Shown here: positions 28,412-32,176 of the stretch, one piece after another
How the letters are laid out: every line of letters begins with the position of its first letter
Numbering within the stretch: the first letter of the stretch is position 1
NCBI GenBank assembly: GCA_050239825.1
Contig: JBFXGO010000011.1
Coordinates: 1 to 32,176 of the forward strand
Source: a bacterium
GTDB taxonomy: Bacteria > Hydrothermota > 32-111
Length of the DNA stretch: 32,176 bases
Direction: 5' to 3'
Position numbers and translations under genes: made by a program
The notes under the pieces: generated by a model
Seen by the model: only the letters and a program-made list of their open reading frames with translations
Database searches by the model: none
What the model was told of the DNA's origin: nothing

Positions 28412-28846
28412 ATGAAAAAGTTGGCAGTTGTTTTGATGCTCATACTGGTTCTTTTCTCAGCATCCTGCTCAAAGAACAAGGGCTCATTCTTGGACTTTGC
28501 GGCAATAAAGGATGCTCAGAGGACAATGACTAAGCTCAGTAATCTGATGGAGCAGTATTATGTCGAACATGAGAGTTATCCTGTCAGTCAGGAGCAGTTT
28601 GAAAAGGATATAAGACCCTACTTCATAACATACAATACGGAAAATCAGGAAGTTGATAAATGGAATGAGATGGTGGAAAAAGTCTTCTATGAGGGAAAGA
28701 TCAATTATGTCACAAATGACCCCAAAAAAGCTTATTTTGCTTTCGGAAAAGCAAAGGATTCAAATAACACCGTTGTATTCTGCAGACCTGCGGTTCAGCA
28801 TGATTCAACAGAGACTGTTCAACCAGAAGAAAATAAGGAGAAATAG
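28412..28846 (+). CDS. Lipoprotein with a GspG/type IV pilin-like helix
   Basis: SD AGGAGG; signal peptide ending FSAS-C; KDAQRTMTKLSNLMEQYYVEHESYP resembles the pseudopilin alpha1 motif. Confidence 0.65.
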   Translation: MKKLAVVLMLILVLFSASCSKNKGSFLDFAAIKDAQRTMTKLSNLMEQYYVEHESYPVSQEQFEKDIRPYFITYNTENQEVDKWNEMVEKVFYEGKINYVTNDPKKAYFAFGKAKDSNNTVVFCRPAVQHDSTETVQPEENKEK

Positions 28847-30001
28847 ATGAAAAGACAAATACTAACAGCATTAGCAGTGGTTTTACTGATTACAGCGTGT
28901 GAGACAACTCAAACACAGACAAAGGTTAATGACATTAAAAAAGAGAATGAAGTATCTGATGCAATCAAATATTATGATTTCGGCAAAGAGTATCTTAAAA
29001 ACAAACAGTATGACTCTGCAATAAAGAATTTTACTAATTCAATAAAAGACAGCGCCGGTTTCATAGATGCATATATAGGTCTCGGCCGCTCTTATGAGGG
29101 TAAGTTTGATTATACAAGAGCCGAATCTGTCTATACATCAGCAAAAGACAAATTTCCTTCAAGTACTGCAGGCTACAACGGACTTGGCAACATGTACCTT
29201 AAAATGAAGCAGTATAATGATGCTGAGAAATCTTTTTTAAGCGCCCTTACAATAGATTCAATGGATGCAAAGTCCTACTATGGACTTGGCCAGGTTTATG
29301 ATAAAAAGAAACCCACATCCAAAGAACTCTCTTCATTGAAGTGCTATGAGAAATCCTGCAAATTTGATCCTGAAGATCTTGCGGCCGCTTACGCATACTC
29401 AAAGGCTTTGATGAAGGCTGAAAAATACAAAGAGGCGCTTGACCTTCTAAAAAAGGTCTCGGAAGACCATCCGACTTTTGTCGAACCACTTGCAAATCTT
29501 GCAGAGGCATATCTTGAAACCAAACAGTATCAAGAGGCGATAAATACATACAATAAAGTAAATCTACTTGATTCAACAATAACAAATACATACCTTGGAA
29601 TTGCAAGGGCATACCAGGGGCTTAAAAAATATGAAATGGCTGAGCAAAATTTCAAAAAACTTATAGCGCTTATGCCCTCTTCAACTATACCATATCTTTA
29701 CATGGGGCAGATGTATCTTGATATAGACAATTACACAAAAGCCATAGAAAACCTCAATTTGGCTCTTGCAAAGAATCCCAATGATGAAAATGCGCTGCTT
29801 CTGATAGCACAGTCATACTTTCTGAAAGTTGATCCTGAAAAGGTTAATGATGAGAATTATGATGCCGCTCTGAAGACCCTTGATACAGCCGGTTCATATT
29901 TTGAAAAACTTATATCTCTTAATAAGTATGTGAAAGAGGCAAATACAGGTCTGGATAACATAAAAAAGAGAAAAAAGGAGATAGACCCCACAAGGTGGTA
30001 A
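28847..30001 (+). CDS. TPR-repeat lipoprotein
   Basis: Lipobox ITA-C; repeated TPR units (AYIGLG, GYNGLG, SYYGLG, YLGIA, YLYMG). Confidence 0.9.
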   Translation: MKRQILTALAVVLLITACETTQTQTKVNDIKKENEVSDAIKYYDFGKEYLKNKQYDSAIKNFTNSIKDSAGFIDAYIGLGRSYEGKFDYTRAESVYTSAKDKFPSSTAGYNGLGNMYLKMKQYNDAEKSFLSALTIDSMDAKSYYGLGQVYDKKKPTSKELSSLKCYEKSCKFDPEDLAAAYAYSKALMKAEKYKEALDLLKKVSEDHPTFVEPLANLAEAYLETKQYQEAINTYNKVNLLDSTITNTYLGIARAYQGLKKYEMAEQNFKKLIALMPSSTIPYLYMGQMYLDIDNYTKAIENLNLALAKNPNDENALLLIAQSYFLKVDPEKVNDENYDAALKTLDTAGSYFEKLISLNKYVKEANTGLDNIKKRKKEIDPTRW

Positions 30002-30002
30002 T

Positions 30003-30347
30003 ATGTGGAATAACATAAAAATAGTCATCCTTCTTCTTGTAGTGGCGCTTCTTGGGTATATGGCATGGCAGTACATAGCTAAAGAAATCAAAGTCATGAT
30101 GGTTAAAGGTGAAGTGGAGAAGACCCTCTATGGAGAGATAAGAAGCGACGAGTATGTGGTGCAGGAACGCACAATGGAGAAGCTTGCAGAGAGAAATATC
30201 TATTTGGATTATGGCGACATTACTATTGAAAAGACAGGGAACAGCATTCACATCGAGTTTTCCTATACTGATTCAATAACCATTCCATTTATAAAAAAAT
30301 CCTTCTATTTTGAAGAGCAAATCAATACGACAGTCAAACCGCAGTAA
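30003..30347 (+). CDS. Small single-TM protein, DUF4845/pilin-like
   Basis: N-terminal TM, then helices and ITIEKTGNSIHIEFSY..I.IPF strands. Confidence 0.55.
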   Translation: MWNNIKIVILLLVVALLGYMAWQYIAKEIKVMMVKGEVEKTLYGEIRSDEYVVQERTMEKLAERNIYLDYGDITIEKTGNSIHIEFSYTDSITIPFIKKSFYFEEQINTTVKPQ

Positions 30348-31677
30348 GCTTCTTACATTATTTTTTGTATGTTCAACCCTGCTTTCGGCGAACGAGAGCA
30401 GGGTTTTCTTTTCAGGCAATGAAATTGTATCTGACAATAAAATATCCGAAATATTCAGAGAGAGAAACATAAATGATGGAATTGACAGTCTTCTCGCCTT
30501 ATATTTGAACGAGGGATATCCATTTGCTGAAATCATTCTTGATTCTTTGACCACAAAGGGAGATGCATCATTATACTTTTTCACCGTTAATGAGAACGGG
30601 AGATATAAAATCTTCGGTGTGAAAAATCAATCTTCGGTGAAATCATCATTTTTAGAGGGCTTCTTGAATCTGAAAGGCAAAAAGTTTTCCTATAGTCTTA
30701 TAAAAAAGAAACTGAGTGAATTGGATGCTTATGATTATCTGATACCAAACCCGGAGTTCGGTGTTGAACCGGCAACGGATTCTTCTGTATATATTGTTAC
30801 TGCAATAGGACAAAACAGGTCTTCAAACGTTTCAGGCACTCTCTCGTCCGATTTTGATTCTATGAAACTTGTCGGATACCTGAATCTGCTCCTTATAAGC
30901 CCGTTTGGTTTTGGAGATTCATATAAAATAGATTATAGCAGATTATCACAGGAGAATACAGACCTTAGCGGCGGGTTTGAGTTTCCATTTTTATTTTCAT
31001 CTCCGTTGGGAGTATTCGCGGAAGGTGAATTTGCCGGAATAGATTCTTCTATGTCGGAAGGATTTTTTACCGCAGGTTTTTTTGTATCCATGTCAAGATT
31101 CAAAGTGAAGACCGGATTTGGAAGGTCAACTATATTTTCCTACGACAGTACGAGCTCTGGAAGCGAATATTCGCATCTCTACGGAGAGATGTCCTATGTT
31201 AACGCAGAAAATAAAAAAATAAATGTTCAGATGAAAAATAATTTGACTTCTCCAATGTCGGCTGTTTTAAAGAGCTACCTAATATGGAGGCTTGAAAGAA
31301 ACAAATTCTCTTTTGAAACTTCAAACTCCTGTCATTTTTCTTTTACCCGAAGTTATGAAAACAACATGGGAGGCTGGCTGGGCGGAAACTCTAATTTAAA
31401 ATCCTATTCGGAGGATTTCATTCTCGCATCCGATTATGTTTTTATTGAGGAGAGATTTTTTTTATCAGCGGTCAAAAACTTTAATCCGGGTCTCTTTGCG
31501 GATATGGCTCTTTACAGAATACAGAAAGAAGATGCTTTGAAATCTTTTCTCTTCTCTTACGGTATTTTCATGGGCATCGGCGGCAGGGAAATATCTATGA
31601 ATCTCTATTATGCCTTAAATCCATCCCTCTCTCTCATTGATGGCAGAATTCATCTTACAATCTCCTATAATTTCTGA
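30310..31677 (+). CDS. Omp85/TamA-like outer-membrane protein with POTRA domain(s)
   Basis: FSGNEIVSD and YLNEGYPFAEI POTRA motifs; SPFGFGD, FPFLFSSPLG, GGNSNLKSYSE, FADM and SYG motifs; terminal SYNF. Confidence 0.75.
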   Translation: MKSKSIRQSNRSKLLTLFFVCSTLLSANESRVFFSGNEIVSDNKISEIFRERNINDGIDSLLALYLNEGYPFAEIILDSLTTKGDASLYFFTVNENGRYKIFGVKNQSSVKSSFLEGFLNLKGKKFSYSLIKKKLSELDAYDYLIPNPEFGVEPATDSSVYIVTAIGQNRSSNVSGTLSSDFDSMKLVGYLNLLLISPFGFGDSYKIDYSRLSQENTDLSGGFEFPFLFSSPLGVFAEGEFAGIDSSMSEGFFTAGFFVSMSRFKVKTGFGRSTIFSYDSTSSGSEYSHLYGEMSYVNAENKKINVQMKNNLTSPMSAVLKSYLIWRLERNKFSFETSNSCHFSFTRSYENNMGGWLGGNSNLKSYSEDFILASDYVFIEERFFLSAVKNFNPGLFADMALYRIQKEDALKSFLFSYGIFMGIGGREISMNLYYALNPSLSLIDGRIHLTISYNF

Positions 31678-32174
31678 TCGTTTACCAGCACATCGGTGAT
31701 TTCACCCACATACATTCTGTGATAATCGCTATGAGGGTAATTTGACTCAATGTCATCGATTAAAAAATGTTTTGGATCTAAGTCGCTGTAATAAATTTTT
31801 TTACAGATAATCGAGAGACGCGCCTCTTCATACAGAGGACTTTTCCCGTCATGCATTTCAGGATGAAGAGACATAACCTTCACCTTATCTGAGTTTCTTC
31901 CAGAAACTTTTCCACAGTATTCAAGAATGCCTCTATGCTTTTCATCAAAAAATGAGAGCGAGAAGTATTCCGACCTTTCAATGAATTCGTAAGTGTATCT
32001 GACAGGCCTTACGAAAATGAATGCGACATTTTTGTTCCATAAAACTCCGAAACCGCCCCAAGAAGCGGTCATGCAGTTTATCCTCTCAAGATTTCCCGCA
32101 GAGACAAGCATCCAGCTTTTTCCAATGAGATTGAAGGAATTGTCTTTGATTTCACTCGGGCTTATTCTTTTCAT
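31665..32174 (-). CDS. Flavin reductase / flavoredoxin family protein
   Basis: WMLVSAG, NCMTASWGG, VRPVRYTYEFIE, CGKVSGR and HRMYVGEI motifs; the start lies at the window edge. Confidence 0.92.
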   Translation of the reverse strand: MKRISPSEIKDNSFNLIGKSWMLVSAGNLERINCMTASWGGFGVLWNKNVAFIFVRPVRYTYEFIERSEYFSLSFFDEKHRGILEYCGKVSGRNSDKVKVMSLHPEMHDGKSPLYEEARLSIICKKIYYSDLDPKHFLIDDIESNYPHSDYHRMYVGEITDVLVNDQKL

Positions 32175-32176
32175 TT

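Noticed and set aside
28836..28849. In-frame TAG-ATG junction suggesting amber read-through or pyrrolysine
   Set aside because: The downstream gene has its own SD (AAGGAG) and lipoprotein signal, and no pyl genes are present.
998..30584. Many 60-130 aa ORFs antisense to or nested in the long genes
   Set aside because: They are shadow frames of well-supported genes with no recognisable motifs.
1..32176. CRISPR array, tandem repeats or alternative genetic code
   Set aside because: No regularly spaced repeats were seen, and conserved genes translate full length in the standard code.

Overview
A compact, AT-rich chromosomal window from a diderm, probably anaerobic bacterium (Omp85 and AsmA proteins, lipoproteins, B12-dependent mutase, Ptb). 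The gene style resembles candidate phyla such as WOR-3, but that is only an impression. Left to right: (1) the 3' end of a likely outer-membrane protein gene; (2) a 5'-truncated YycJ/WalJ-like MBL hydrolase, cut by a 357-bp internally deleted IS256-family element (666-1022) that the ORF track does not show; (3) a tightly coupled operon of carbamoyltransferase, GT4, NHL/FlgD protein, BtuF/C/D-like ABC importer and Omp85 protein; (4) pheS-pheT; (5) a receiver, GAF/PAS histidine kinase and Lrp/AsnC ligand-binding-domain operon; (6) tRNA-Leu(CAG) directly abutting a class III cyclase-NTPase-TPR gene and an AsmA-like gene; (7) a GlcD/LctD-like FAD oxidoreductase followed by a secreted PLD-OB protein that appears catalytically dead; (8) an Fe-alcohol dehydrogenase; (9) methylmalonyl-CoA mutase large subunit, epimerase, ptb and rpiB; (10) tRNA-Ala(GGC) leading an envelope operon (pseudopilin-like lipoprotein, TPR lipoprotein, DUF4845-like protein, Omp85 protein); (11) a flavin reductase. 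No CRISPR array, rRNA, prophage or intact transposase was seen. The best candidates for new biology are the lipidated-pseudopilin/Omp85 operon, the cobalamin-type uptake operon lacking BtuB, the PLD pseudo-nuclease and the tRNA-led cyclase. All family calls come from motif recognition by eye, not database searches.
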